Below, one piece after another: positions 16,934-26,842 of a stretch of 37,299 nt of DNA. The position numbers and the translations under genes were made by a program. Positions within the stretch are counted from its first letter, which is position 1; every line of letters starts with the position of its first letter. Under the pieces are notes generated by a model. That model was not told where the DNA came from. It saw only the letters and a program-made list of their open reading frames with translations, and did not search any database. The stretch comes from Candidatus Zixiibacteriota bacterium (GTDB lineage: Bacteria; RBG-13-66-14; B26-G2; WVWN01), in the NCBI GenBank assembly GCA_050117845.1, contig JASFLY010000025.1, positions 1 through 37,299 on the forward strand. The letters are read 5' to 3'.

Positions 16934-17938
16934 ATGAAAATCGTCGTTGACGGCATGGGGAGTGACGCGGCGCCCGCGAACGAAGTCGCCGGGTGCATCA
17001 AGGCGCTGAAGGAATCGGCCGACCTGGAAATACTTCTCGTCGGCAACCCGGAACGCCTGGGGACGGAACTCGCGAAATATTCCGTGCCCGGCGGCCGCAT
17101 TGACGTCGTCCCGGCCTCCGAGATTATCGGCATGAACGAGAAGCCGGCGGAGGCCCTTCGCAAGAAGAAGGACTCGTCGATACGCGTGGGCGCGATGTGC
17201 GTGCGCGAAGGTCGGGGCGAGGCGTTCGTCTCCGCGGGAAACACCGGCGCCGTCGCCATGGCCTGCCTTATCGGCATGGGCCGGGCGGAGGCCGTACGGC
17301 GGCCCGCCATCGCGGCCCTCTTCCCCACCCGCAAGGGGCACTGCGTGGTCCTGGACGTCGGGGCCAACGTAACGTGCAAGGCCATACACCTCCACCAATT
17401 CGCGATAATGGGCGAGGTTTACGCCCAGTGTCTCTTCGGGATAGAGAACCCGAGCGTCGGCCTGCTTTCCATAGGCGAGGAGGCCGAAAAGGGATCGGAG
17501 ATCATATTCGAGGCGCACCGACTCCTGTCGGGAACGCCCATGAATTACGTGGGACACGTGGAGGCGGGCGACATCCTGGAGGGCAAGGCCGACGTCGTGA
17601 CCTGCGACGGCTTCACCGGAAACGTCCTCCTCAAATTCGCCGAATCCGTCCCGGGCATCGTCTTCTCGGGCCTCAGGAGCGAGGTCAAGCGCGATTTGAT
17701 AGTGCGAATCGGGGCGTTCCTGTCCCAGGCGGCTTTGCGGCGTCTCAAGAAACGTTGGGATTACGCGGAATACGGCGGCGCGCCGCTTTTGGGGGTCAAC
17801 GGCGGCGTCATCATCAGCCACGGCAAATCGTCCCCCAAGGCCATAATGAACGCGGTGCTGGTAGCGGAGAAGTACGTGCAGTTCGGCGCCACGCAGAAAA
17901 TTACGGATAAAATAAGGAGAGATGCTGATGGCCGCTAA
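16934..17938 (+). CDS. plsX: Phosphate acyltransferase PlsX
   Basis: IVVDGMGSDAAP, SAGNTGA, RPAIA, LDVGAN, CDGFTGNVLLK, GGAPLLGVNG, SHGKS. Confidence 0.96.
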   Translation: MKIVVDGMGSDAAPANEVAGCIKALKESADLEILLVGNPERLGTELAKYSVPGGRIDVVPASEIIGMNEKPAEALRKKKDSSIRVGAMCVREGRGEAFVSAGNTGAVAMACLIGMGRAEAVRRPAIAALFPTRKGHCVVLDVGANVTCKAIHLHQFAIMGEVYAQCLFGIENPSVGLLSIGEEAEKGSEIIFEAHRLLSGTPMNYVGHVEAGDILEGKADVVTCDGFTGNVLLKFAESVPGIVFSGLRSEVKRDLIVRIGAFLSQAALRRLKKRWDYAEYGGAPLLGVNGGVIISHGKSSPKAIMNAVLVAEKYVQFGATQKITDKIRRDADGR

Positions 17939-18923
17939 CGGCCGTCGGGCCACGTTCCTCGGCGTGGGCCATTACGCCCCGGAAAACGTCCTGACCAACT
18001 TCGACCTCGAGAAGATCGTCGACACCTCCGACGAGTGGATAATCGAGCGGACCGGCATCCGGGAACGCCACATCGTAACCGACGAACAGGCGGCTTCCGA
18101 CCTGGCCGTCCCCGCCGCCGAGCGCGCGCTTAAAAACGCCGGCGTGGCCGCGGAGGACATCGACCTCATCGTGTTGGGGACCGTCACGCCCGACTTCTTC
18201 TTTCCCAGCACGGCCTGCATCGTCCAGGACAAAATAGGCGCGAAGAACGCCGGCGCCTTCGACATGCTGGCCGGCTGTTCCGCCTTCATTTACGGCTGCA
18301 ACATCGCGACGCAGTTCATCGGCACGGGCCGCTACGAGCACGTCCTCGTCATCGGCGTCGAGACGCTGAGCAAGCTGATGGACATGACGGACCGCAACAC
18401 CTGCGTCCTCTTCGGGGACGGCGCGGGCGCCGCGGTCCTGGGGCCCGCGAAGAACGACGGCGGGATCCTCTCGAACTTCATGAAGGCCGACGGCTCGCTG
18501 GGCTACCTCCTCGAGATGCCCGGCGGGGGCTCGCGCCGGCCGCCGACGCACGAGTCACTGGACGCCCGGCTGCATTACATCAAGATGGCGGGCCGCGAGG
18601 TCTTCAAGAACGCCGTCCGCTCGATGTGCGAAGCGGCCACCTACGTGCTGGACGAGGCCGGGTACACCGGGGCCGACGTCTCGCTCCTCGTGCCGCACCA
18701 GGCCAACTGGCGCATAATGAGCGCCGTGGCCGACCGGCTTAAAATACCGCACGAAAAAGTGTTCGTGAATCTGGATAAATACGGCAACACGTCCGCGGCC
18801 TCCATTCCCATCGCCCTCTCCGAGGCGCTGGAGCAGGGCCGGATAAACGCCGGCGACCTGGTGCTCAACGTGGCGTTCGGCGCCGGCTTCACGTGGGCCG
18901 CGAACCTGGTCCGCTGGGAGTAG
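17928..18923 (+). CDS. fabH: Beta-ketoacyl-ACP synthase III
   Basis: DTSDEWIIERTGIRER, AGCSAF, LFGDGAGA, PHQAN, GNTSAASIP. ATG 17928 follows RBS AAGGAGA. Confidence 0.96.
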   Translation: MAANGRRATFLGVGHYAPENVLTNFDLEKIVDTSDEWIIERTGIRERHIVTDEQAASDLAVPAAERALKNAGVAAEDIDLIVLGTVTPDFFFPSTACIVQDKIGAKNAGAFDMLAGCSAFIYGCNIATQFIGTGRYEHVLVIGVETLSKLMDMTDRNTCVLFGDGAGAAVLGPAKNDGGILSNFMKADGSLGYLLEMPGGGSRRPPTHESLDARLHYIKMAGREVFKNAVRSMCEAATYVLDEAGYTGADVSLLVPHQANWRIMSAVADRLKIPHEKVFVNLDKYGNTSAASIPIALSEALEQGRINAGDLVLNVAFGAGFTWAANLVRWE

Positions 18924-18945
18924 GCGGCCGGGCGGCGAGTGTAAT

Positions 18946-19887
18946 ATGGCGATAGCGTTTCTATTTCCGGGACAGGGTTCCGCCGAAGTCGGCATGGGAA
19001 CCGAGCTGTTCGAGAATCACCCTCTCGTCGGCAAGTACTACGCCCGGGTATCGGAGATACTGGGCCGCGACCTCCGGGCCATAATCCAGGACGGGCCGGA
19101 GGATACGCTGGTCGCCACCGAGAACGCGCAGCCGGCCATCTTCGCGCTCTCGGCCGCCTGTTTCGACCTCTTCGGCGAGCGCTGTCCGCTGGCCGCGGAC
19201 TTCTACGCCGGCCACAGCCTGGGCGAACTCACGGCCCTTTACGCGTCCGGCGCCCTCGGCTTCGACGAGGCCGCGGAGCTGGTATGCAAGCGCGGCGAAT
19301 ATATCGCCGAAGCCTGCGGCAAGAACCCCGGGACCATGGCCGCCGTGATGGGCCTCGACGAGGCCGCGGTCGAGGAGATTTGCGGGGAGGTCTCCCAAGA
19401 CGACCTGATAGTACCGGCGAACTTCAACACGCCGGGCCAGATAGTCGTTTCGGGCACCGCGGCCGGCATCGCCCGGGCCGGCGAAATAGCGAAAGAGCGG
19501 CGCGGGAAGTTCATCCCGCTCAAGGTGTCCGGGGCTTTCCACTCGCCCCTCGTGGCCGAGGCCGGGGAACGCATGAAGGAAAAGCTCCAGGGGGCCGCCA
19601 TAGAGTCGCCCACGGGCCTGTTCATCGCTAACGCCACGGGCGAAGCGGCGAGCCAGCCCGACGTTATCCGCGACCTGTTGTACAAGCAGATAACGCATCC
19701 GGTGCGCTGGGCCGCGACGCTCGAGCGTATGGTGGAAGGCGGCGTCGACGTAGTCGTCGAGTTCGGCCACGGCAAGGTGCTGACCGGGATGTTCAAGAAG
19801 GTCAAACGCGACGCCCGGCTGTTCAACGTATACGACGACGTAACCCTCTCGACCACGGCGGAAGACTGCCGCGACCTCGCGCTCTGA
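18946..19887 (+). CDS. fabD: Malonyl-CoA:ACP transacylase
   Basis: FLFPGQGS, AQPAI, GHSLGE, VSGAFHS, PVRW. Confidence 0.96.
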   Translation: MAIAFLFPGQGSAEVGMGTELFENHPLVGKYYARVSEILGRDLRAIIQDGPEDTLVATENAQPAIFALSAACFDLFGERCPLAADFYAGHSLGELTALYASGALGFDEAAELVCKRGEYIAEACGKNPGTMAAVMGLDEAAVEEICGEVSQDDLIVPANFNTPGQIVVSGTAAGIARAGEIAKERRGKFIPLKVSGAFHSPLVAEAGERMKEKLQGAAIESPTGLFIANATGEAASQPDVIRDLLYKQITHPVRWAATLERMVEGGVDVVVEFGHGKVLTGMFKKVKRDARLFNVYDDVTLSTTAEDCRDLAL

Positions 19888-19915
19888 CGAAACACCCCGA
19901 GGAGGGACCGCTGAT

Positions 19916-20662
19916 ATGCCGGAATTCGAAAACAAGGTAGCCGTCGTGACGGGCGGCGCCCGGGGCATAGGCCGGGCCATCGCGGCCCGTCTGGCCCGGG
20001 ACGGCGCGTCCCTCGCGCTGTGCGACGTCCTGGCGGACGAGGTCGAGGCCACGGCCGCGGCCCTCGCCGGGGAGTTCGGCGTCCGGGCGAAGGGCTACGT
20101 CGTGGACGTGTCCGACGGGACGGCGGTGTCCGACTTCGTCGCCGCCGTAAACGAGGAATTCGGCTCGGTCGACATCCTGGTGAACAACGCCGGCATCGCG
20201 CGGGACAAGCCGCTTTTTCGGATGAAGGACGAGGACTTCGACCTCGTCATGCGGGTCAACCTTTACGGCGCGTTCCACTTCTGCCGGGCGGCGGGCCGCA
20301 TCATGGCCAAGCAGCGCGCCGGCAAGATAATAAACATATCGTCGGTCATCGGCGTCATGGGGAACCCGACGCAGGCCAACTACGCGGCCTCCAAGGCGGG
20401 CATCATCGGCCTCACCAAAACGGTGGCCAAGGAGCTCGCCGGCCGGGGCGTCAACTGCAACGCCATCGCCCCCGGTTTCATCATGACCGAGATGACGGAC
20501 ATTCTGTCGGACGAATTGAAACAGGAATATATGAAGCTCATCCCGGCGGGGCGCTACGGCACGCCCGAGGACGTGGCGAAGATAGTCGCGTTCCTGGCGT
20601 CCGAGGAGTCCTCGTACATCACCGGCCACTTGCTCTACGTGGACGGCGGGATGATGATGTAA
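19916..20662 (+). CDS. fabG: 3-oxoacyl-ACP reductase
   Basis: [26 protein letters not shown]. Lies in the fab operon. Confidence 0.96.
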   Translation: MPEFENKVAVVTGGARGIGRAIAARLARDGASLALCDVLADEVEATAAALAGEFGVRAKGYVVDVSDGTAVSDFVAAVNEEFGSVDILVNNAGIARDKPLFRMKDEDFDLVMRVNLYGAFHFCRAAGRIMAKQRAGKIINISSVIGVMGNPTQANYAASKAGIIGLTKTVAKELAGRGVNCNAIAPGFIMTEMTDILSDELKQEYMKLIPAGRYGTPEDVAKIVAFLASEESSYITGHLLYVDGGMMM

Positions 20663-20727
20663 AATACCGGGCGGAAACGACTCGCCCAAGCAATTCTATA
20701 TCCATATTTCAGGAGGCAGTACAAGAA

Positions 20728-20964
20728 ATGGCCGACGTTACCGACAAAGTAAAAGAGATCATCGTCGAGCAACTGGGCGTCACGCCCGAGCAGGTAACGC
20801 CCGAAGCTTCGTTTATCGAGGACCTGGGCGCCGATTCGTTGGACACGGTGGAACTGGTAATGGCGCTCGAGGAAGAATTCGACATCCAGATACCGGACGA
20901 AGAAGCCGAGAAGATAACCACCGTCCAGCAGGCGGTGGACTACATAGTTGCCAAAAAGGGTTAG
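20728..20964 (+). CDS. acpP: Acyl carrier protein
   Basis: [12 protein letters not shown]...[29 protein letters not shown]. Confidence 0.97.
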   Translation: MADVTDKVKEIIVEQLGVTPEQVTPEASFIEDLGADSLDTVELVMALEEEFDIQIPDEEAEKITTVQQAVDYIVAKKG

Positions 20965-21114
20965 GGGACACGGCCGGCTCCGCGCCTGTCGTGGCCCCGG
21001 CGATCCTAAGACGTCCGCGCCTGGTGACGCGTCGGAACGCGCCAGCGCGGCCAGCGCCCGGGTGCGGACGTCAGGCACCGTTCGTCACGCCGTAGCTCGC
21101 GAGGAGACACAACG

Positions 21115-22359
21115 ATGATGGAACGGCGGGTAGTAGTAACCGGTTTGGGCGTAGTGGCGCCCAACGGCAATACCGTCGCCGAATACTGGGACAACCTGGT
21201 TAACGGCCGCGGAGGCGCCGGACCCATTACGCATTTCGATACCGAGGGGTATTCGAGTAAAATCGGGTGCGAGGTCAAGGACTTCCACCCGGAGCAGTAC
21301 ATCGAACCCAAAGCGCTCAAGCGAATGGACACGTTCGTCCAGTACGCGCTGACGAGCGCCGTCACGGCCATGGCCGACGCCGGCCTGGAAGTGGGCCGGG
21401 ACGGCCTGGAGTCCGAACGCATCGGCGTCATCGTGGGTTCGGGCATCGGCGGCATCGGCGTCATTGAGCAACAGCACTCGGTGCTGGTCGAAAAGGGGCC
21501 GCGCCGGGTAACGCCTCTTCTCATACCGATGCTCATCTCGAACATGGCTTCGGGGCAAATCTCGATTCACCTGAACGCCCGCGGCCCCAATTCCTGCGTC
21601 GTGACCGCGTGCGCGACCGCGGCCCACTCCATCGGCGACGCCTACCGCGTTATCCAGCGCGGCGACGCCGACGTGATGATGGCCGGCGGAACCGAGGCCG
21701 CCATCACGCCGCTGGGCTGCGCGGGATTCTGCATCATGAAGGCGCTCTCCACCCGCAACGACGACCCGGACCACGCTTCCCGTCCCTTCGACCGGGAGCG
21801 GGACGGCTTCGTCGTCGGCGAGGGGTCGGGCGTCCTGGTGCTGGAGGAATACGAACGGGCGCGCGACCGCGGGGCCGATATCTACGCCGAGATAGTCGGC
21901 TACGGCATGAGCGCTGACGCCTATCACATCACGGCCCCCGACCCCGACGGCAGCGGCGGTTCCCGGGCCATGAGGATGGCCGTCGAGGGCGCGGGCCTGA
22001 ACCCCGAGGACGTGGACTACATCAACGCCCACGGGACGTCTACGCCGCTCAACGACGCGGCCGAGACCAAGGCCATAAAGAACTACTTCGGGGACCACGC
22101 CTACAAGCTGGCCATCTCGTCCACCAAATCCATGACGGGGCACCTCCTCGGCGCCGCGGGCGGCGTGGAGAGTATCGCCACCGTCCTGATGATAAAGAAC
22201 AAAACGATTCACCCGACAATCAATTACGAATATCCGGATCCGGAATGCGACCTCGACTACGTGCCGAATGAGGCGCGCGAGGTCGAAGTTAACGTGGCGA
22301 TTACCAACTCATTTGCTTTCGGGGGCCAGAACGCGACGTTAGTATTTAAACGGGTATAG
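21115..22359 (+). CDS. fabF: Beta-ketoacyl-ACP synthase II
   Basis: [42 protein letters not shown]. Confidence 0.97.
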   Translation: MMERRVVVTGLGVVAPNGNTVAEYWDNLVNGRGGAGPITHFDTEGYSSKIGCEVKDFHPEQYIEPKALKRMDTFVQYALTSAVTAMADAGLEVGRDGLESERIGVIVGSGIGGIGVIEQQHSVLVEKGPRRVTPLLIPMLISNMASGQISIHLNARGPNSCVVTACATAAHSIGDAYRVIQRGDADVMMAGGTEAAITPLGCAGFCIMKALSTRNDDPDHASRPFDRERDGFVVGEGSGVLVLEEYERARDRGADIYAEIVGYGMSADAYHITAPDPDGSGGSRAMRMAVEGAGLNPEDVDYINAHGTSTPLNDAAETKAIKNYFGDHAYKLAISSTKSMTGHLLGAAGGVESIATVLMIKNKTIHPTINYEYPDPECDLDYVPNEAREVEVNVAITNSFAFGGQNATLVFKRV

Positions 22360-22395
22360 ACACAAACAAACGAGCGGCCCTCGAAGACATAGCTT

Positions 22396-23193
22396 ATGGC
22401 AGGTTTATTAGACAACCTATTCGGCCGCCGGGATCAGCTGGAAGGATTCATTTACGACGACGAGCTCCCGGAGGAACGTGTCCGGGAGCTTAAGCGTTTC
22501 TGCCAGGACAACGGCATTCACCTGGCCGACCTCTCGCTCCTGGATCAGGCGCTGACCCACACCTCCTTCGCCCACGAGACCGAAGAGGACACCGGCGACT
22601 ACGAACGGCTCGAGTTTTTGGGCGACTCCGTCATCGGCCTTTTCGTGGTGGAGCACCTCTATAACACCTTCCCCTCCATGAACGAGGGGGACATGACCAA
22701 GATTAAAAGCGAGGTCGTAAGCCAGGCCACGCTTTCCGAGGTCGCGACCGAGCTGGGCCTCAACCGCCTCGTGAACCTGGGCAAGGGCGAGGTCCTGAGC
22801 CGGGGACGGCGCAAGCCCTCGATTCTCTCGGACATATTCGAAGCCCTGGTGGGCTCCTTCTATCTGTCGTCGTCCCTGGAAGATACCAAGGATTTCGTGG
22901 TAAACCAGTTCGAGTCCCGCATTCAACAGGTGGTATCGCGGGGCAACCTCGAGAACTACAAGTCGCTGTTGCAGCGCATCGCGCTCGACCGCTTCGGCGA
23001 GAACCCGTCCTACCGCATTATCTCCCGCACCGGCCCGCAACACAGCACCGTGTTCGTCGTAGGCGTCGAGATAAAAGGGAAGATCTACGGCAAAGGCCGC
23101 GGCCACTCCAAGAAGGACGCGGAGATGAAGGCCGCCGCCAAAACGGTCCAGATGCTGAAATCCAAAAAACGCAAACGCCCCTCCGGCAAATAA
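22396..23193 (+). CDS. rnc: Ribonuclease III
   Basis: ALTHTS, YERLEFLGDS, SDIFEALVG and a C-terminal dsRBD (NYKSLLQ...GHSKKDAE). Confidence 0.95.
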   Translation: MAGLLDNLFGRRDQLEGFIYDDELPEERVRELKRFCQDNGIHLADLSLLDQALTHTSFAHETEEDTGDYERLEFLGDSVIGLFVVEHLYNTFPSMNEGDMTKIKSEVVSQATLSEVATELGLNRLVNLGKGEVLSRGRRKPSILSDIFEALVGSFYLSSSLEDTKDFVVNQFESRIQQVVSRGNLENYKSLLQRIALDRFGENPSYRIISRTGPQHSTVFVVGVEIKGKIYGKGRGHSKKDAEMKAAAKTVQMLKSKKRKRPSGK

Positions 23194-23214
23194 CTCCACG
23201 ACGAGGTCTACACC

Positions 23215-24369
23215 ATGGACTACCTCCTCACCGAGGAACAACGTGAAATACAGAAACTGGCCCGCGACATCGCGCGCAACACGGTAGCGCCGAAGGCAGA
23301 ATACTACGACCGCCACGACGAGTTCCCCCACGACATGGTAAAGGTTTTCGCCCAGGCGGACCTCTTCCGCATATTCATCCCGGAGGAGTACGACGGCCTC
23401 GGGATGGGCACGCTCGAACTCTGCCTCACGGCGGAGGAACTCTCCCGGGCCTGCACCGGCATCGCGCTGGCGCTGCTCGGCACCTCGCTCGGGACCGAGC
23501 CCATCCTCGTCATGGGGAGCGACGAACAGAAGAAGAGGTACCTCCCCCGCATCGCCGCCGGCGAGACGCTGGCCGCCTTCGCCCTGACGGAGGCCGACGC
23601 CGGCTCCGACCCCGCCGCGGTCCGAACCCGGGCCCGGCGCGAGGGCGACACCTACATCCTCGACGGCACGAAGCAGTGGATCACCAACGGCGGCGAGGCC
23701 GACGTCTACACCGTCGTGGCCAGCACCGACCCCACGCGCGGGGCCCGCGGCCTGAGCGTATTCATCGTCGAAAAGGGGACCCCTGGGTTCGAGTTCGGCA
23801 AGAAGGAAGATAAGCTCGGCATCCGGGCCTCGGCGACGCGCGAACTGATATTCCAGAACTGCGTCGTCCCGGCCGAGAACCTGCTGGGCAAGGAGGGCCA
23901 CGGGTTCATCACGGCCATGCGGACCTTCGACCGGACGCGACCCGGCGTCGCGGCCCAGGCCGTCGGCGTCGCCCAGGGGGCGCTGGACCACGCGCTGGCC
24001 TACGCCAAGGAACGGCGCCAGTTCGGCCAGCCGATATCCAGCTTCCAGGGCATCCAGTTCATGCTCGCGGACATGGCCATGAAGACAGAGGCCGCCCGCG
24101 CCCTCACCTACGCCACCGCCCGGATGATCGACTCCGGCGCCAAGGACTGTAGCCGCTACTCCGCGGAGTGCAAGGCCTTCGCTTCGGACGTCGCGGTGCA
24201 AGTGGCAACCGACGCCTTGCAGATATTCGGCGGCTACGGCTACATGCGCGAGTACCCCATCGAGAAATACTACCGCGACGCCAAGATAACGCAGCTGTAC
24301 GAGGGAACGAATCAGATCCAGCGGCAGGTAATCGCGCTGGACCTCATACGGACGGCGGGCCGGGACTAA
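23215..24369 (+). CDS. Acyl-CoA dehydrogenase (short/branched-chain type)
   Basis: AFALTEADAGSD, GTKQWITNG, KLGIRAS, RRQFG, QIFGGYGY, YEGTNQIQR. Confidence 0.93.
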   Translation: MDYLLTEEQREIQKLARDIARNTVAPKAEYYDRHDEFPHDMVKVFAQADLFRIFIPEEYDGLGMGTLELCLTAEELSRACTGIALALLGTSLGTEPILVMGSDEQKKRYLPRIAAGETLAAFALTEADAGSDPAAVRTRARREGDTYILDGTKQWITNGGEADVYTVVASTDPTRGARGLSVFIVEKGTPGFEFGKKEDKLGIRASATRELIFQNCVVPAENLLGKEGHGFITAMRTFDRTRPGVAAQAVGVAQGALDHALAYAKERRQFGQPISSFQGIQFMLADMAMKTEAARALTYATARMIDSGAKDCSRYSAECKAFASDVAVQVATDALQIFGGYGYMREYPIEKYYRDAKITQLYEGTNQIQRQVIALDLIRTAGRD

Positions 24370-24385
24370 ACCGCGCCCCCCGCCG

Positions 24386-24411
24386 GCCCCCGGCAACGGG
24401 GGCTTTTTTTT
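24386..24411 (+). terminator. Intrinsic terminator of the fab-rnc-acd operon
   Basis: GCCCCCG-GCAA-CGGGGGC followed by T8. Confidence 0.88.
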
Positions 24412-24417
24412 ACGGCA

Positions 24418-26802
24418 GTGGCGAACGCTCTCGACAGAATCGGGTCCGCGCTGGACCGGATGAAAGGCCGCCTCGCCCGGCGGCGCTGGGTCGTCATCGT
24501 CGGCGCGCTGGCCGCGCTTCTCGCGCTCGCCGCCTTCCGCACGTACGTCGTCCTCGAACTCACCCCCGTCGAAAGCCAGATGTACTCGGAATCGCTGGTG
24601 CGGTTCCGCTACGCCGAGATGGTCATGGAGGGCGAACCCCTCCCGGCCTCGGACCCCGTGGTCCAGTGGCCCGAGGGCTTTCGGCGCGACGAGATGGTGA
24701 TGCCGCTGCCGGACTACCTCGTGGGGTGGAGCTACCGGGCGTGGGCCGGCGCCTCCGGCCCCGCGGACCACTACGGCTTCCTGCGCAATTTCATGGCCCT
24801 GTACGCCGCGTTATACGTCCCGGCGGCCTTCCTTCTTTTTTGGGTTATGTTCCGGCGTTTCGGGCCGGCGTGGCTCGGCACCGCGCTTTACGTCACCTGC
24901 CTCCCGACCTTCCTGAAAGCGGCCGGCAACTACCTCCGCGAGGACTTCGCCTCCCCCGCGCTCCTCGCGGCGACGGCGCTGGTGTGGGGGGCGTTGGGGC
25001 AGAGGGACCCGGCCGGCGGGCGCCCCGTACTCGGGCGGGTTGCCCTCGCCGCCGTCACCGCCCTCAGCATCCTCTACGCGCTGAGCTGCTGGCACATGGC
25101 CCAGTTCTACCTCAACGTCGTGCTGGGCGTCGTTTTCATAATGGCGTTCGCGGGGCGGCCCGGCCGCTACGGCGACGTGGGCCTGGCCTTCCTGGCCGGG
25201 ACCGCGGCCGCCGCCCTCCTCAACAAACCGCTGCTGGTCAAGGGCGTGCTGTGGTCGCCGACGGTGACGGCCGCCCTGGCCCTCGCCGTATGGGGGTACG
25301 TTCGCAAGCCCCGCAACGCGGCCCTGTCGCGTCTCGCGCTCGCGGCCGGCGCGGCAGTCCTCGTCGGCGTGTCCCTCGTAGCCGTCGGCTCCGGGGCCTA
25401 CGGCCACGCGTACGCGTTAATCTGGGCCAAGCTGCGCTACCTCGGCGTTCACCCCGCCGACCCCACGCGCCTCCCCGTGGACGCACGGATATTCTGGATG
25501 GGGCCGTACGCCACGACGACGCTCCGCCGGGCCCTTTTGGAGTACGGGCCGCTTTTGCTCGTCGCCGTCGCCGCGTACGTCGCGACGGGAATAAGGTATT
25601 TGCGGAGAAAAAAAGAGGCCGGGGCGGAGAGGGTCCGGGGCCCGCTGCTGTTCCCGGCCGCCATGACGGCGGCCACGGCCTTCCTCTACTGGCTCCTCGT
25701 CCGGCTTACGGTCTTCTTCGCGCCCTGGGCGGCGGGGCTGGGGGCCCTGCCGGCGGCGGCCTCCCGGCGCCGCTGGACGAAGGTCGCCGCCACGGCGCTC
25801 GCGCTGGCGATGCTGGCCTTCCAGGGATGGTGGGCGTTCAATTACGCCAAGCCCGCGTGGCCGCGGCTGCTTCTGGAACGGCTTCCCGAAACGGAGGACC
25901 CCGTCTGGGACTACGGCGCGGGCGACAACGACCTCTTCGGGTGGCTGAAGGAGAACACGCCGCCCGGCTCGCCCGTCCTGGCGCAGTTCGGCATCAGCGC
26001 CTCCATTATGTACTGGAGCGAAAGGCCGGTCCCGCTGCACCCCATGTTCGAGGTCCCCGAGATCCGGCCCAAGATAGTCGAGGTGTCGGAGGCCTACATG
26101 GGGCCGGAGGAGGACTTCTACGAACTCTGCCGGCGGCTGGAGGCGAAGTACGTCGTCTTCAACGCGCCGGTCTTTTTGGTCTATGAGCCGCCCGGCGACC
26201 GCTACTTCGCCGCCGCGCCCGACCCGCCCGCCGACGCCGTGGGGATGAAGATGCAGTTCGACCCCGCCTCGCTCGAGCGTTTCCGGCTGGTCCACGAGAC
26301 CTACTCGTTCCGCGTCTTCGAGGTGGGCCGGCCGTACGACGGATACCGGGCGCTGCGCTACCACCCGTACTTCGACCCCACGGTCTTCGACGAGCTGCCG
26401 TCCCCCGAAGAGTACTACGAGGCGGCCCGGAAGATAAGGCGGGCCGGCGAGCATTACCGCAACGGCCTCACGGCGGAGAAGAACTCCTACTGGGAGCCGG
26501 CCGCCGCCCGGTACAGCCTCGCCCTCAACCTCCACCCGGACTACGAGGAAGCCGAGATGCGGCTGGGGTACTGCCTTATTCGACTGGACCGCCTGGCCGA
26601 GGCGGAGCCCCACTTCCGTCGGGCCCTGCGCGTCGACCCCGACAATCCCGCCGCCCACACCTACATGGGCTCCTACTACTTCTCCACCGGCGATTACGAG
26701 GCGGCGCTCGGCGAATACCGCCGGGCGTACGAACTCGACCCGGACGACGCCGAAACGCTGGAGCGAATAAGGTTAACCGAAAAGACGATGGCCGGCTCAT
26801 GA
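24418..26802 (+). CDS. GT-C fold membrane glycosyltransferase (DPY19/STT3-like) with C-terminal TPRs
   Basis: Many TM helices. Motifs YSESLVRFRYA, YLREDFASP, WHMAQFYL and WLKENTP...RPVPLHPMFE, then TPRs (ALRVDPDNPAAHTYMG). The start could alternatively be the later ATG (MKGRLARRR). Confidence 0.75.
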   Translation: MANALDRIGSALDRMKGRLARRRWVVIVGALAALLALAAFRTYVVLELTPVESQMYSESLVRFRYAEMVMEGEPLPASDPVVQWPEGFRRDEMVMPLPDYLVGWSYRAWAGASGPADHYGFLRNFMALYAALYVPAAFLLFWVMFRRFGPAWLGTALYVTCLPTFLKAAGNYLREDFASPALLAATALVWGALGQRDPAGGRPVLGRVALAAVTALSILYALSCWHMAQFYLNVVLGVVFIMAFAGRPGRYGDVGLAFLAGTAAAALLNKPLLVKGVLWSPTVTAALALAVWGYVRKPRNAALSRLALAAGAAVLVGVSLVAVGSGAYGHAYALIWAKLRYLGVHPADPTRLPVDARIFWMGPYATTTLRRALLEYGPLLLVAVAAYVATGIRYLRRKKEAGAERVRGPLLFPAAMTAATAFLYWLLVRLTVFFAPWAAGLGALPAAASRRRWTKVAATALALAMLAFQGWWAFNYAKPAWPRLLLERLPETEDPVWDYGAGDNDLFGWLKENTPPGSPVLAQFGISASIMYWSERPVPLHPMFEVPEIRPKIVEVSEAYMGPEEDFYELCRRLEAKYVVFNAPVFLVYEPPGDRYFAAAPDPPADAVGMKMQFDPASLERFRLVHETYSFRVFEVGRPYDGYRALRYHPYFDPTVFDELPSPEEYYEAARKIRRAGEHYRNGLTAEKNSYWEPAAARYSLALNLHPDYEEAEMRLGYCLIRLDRLAEAEPHFRRALRVDPDNPAAHTYMGSYYFSTGDYEAALGEYRRAYELDPDDAETLERIRLTEKTMAGS

Positions 26803-26815
26803 GCCGGCCTTTTTT
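26790..26815 (+). terminator. Intrinsic terminator overlapping the stop codon
   Basis: Perfect palindrome GGCCGGCTCATGAGCCGGCC followed by T6. Confidence 0.75.
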
Positions 26816-26842
26816 ACGGTTGGGATACTCGGGGGCGAGCCG

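Noticed and set aside
20964..21110. tRNA or riboswitch between acpP and fabF
   Set aside because: No cloverleaf, T-loop or CCA end and no recognisable aptamer; only hairpins.
25900..25920. VWDYG as the STT3/PglB WWDYG motif
   Set aside because: It lies before the WLKENTP helix, whereas the true motif follows it. That position reads AQFGIS here.
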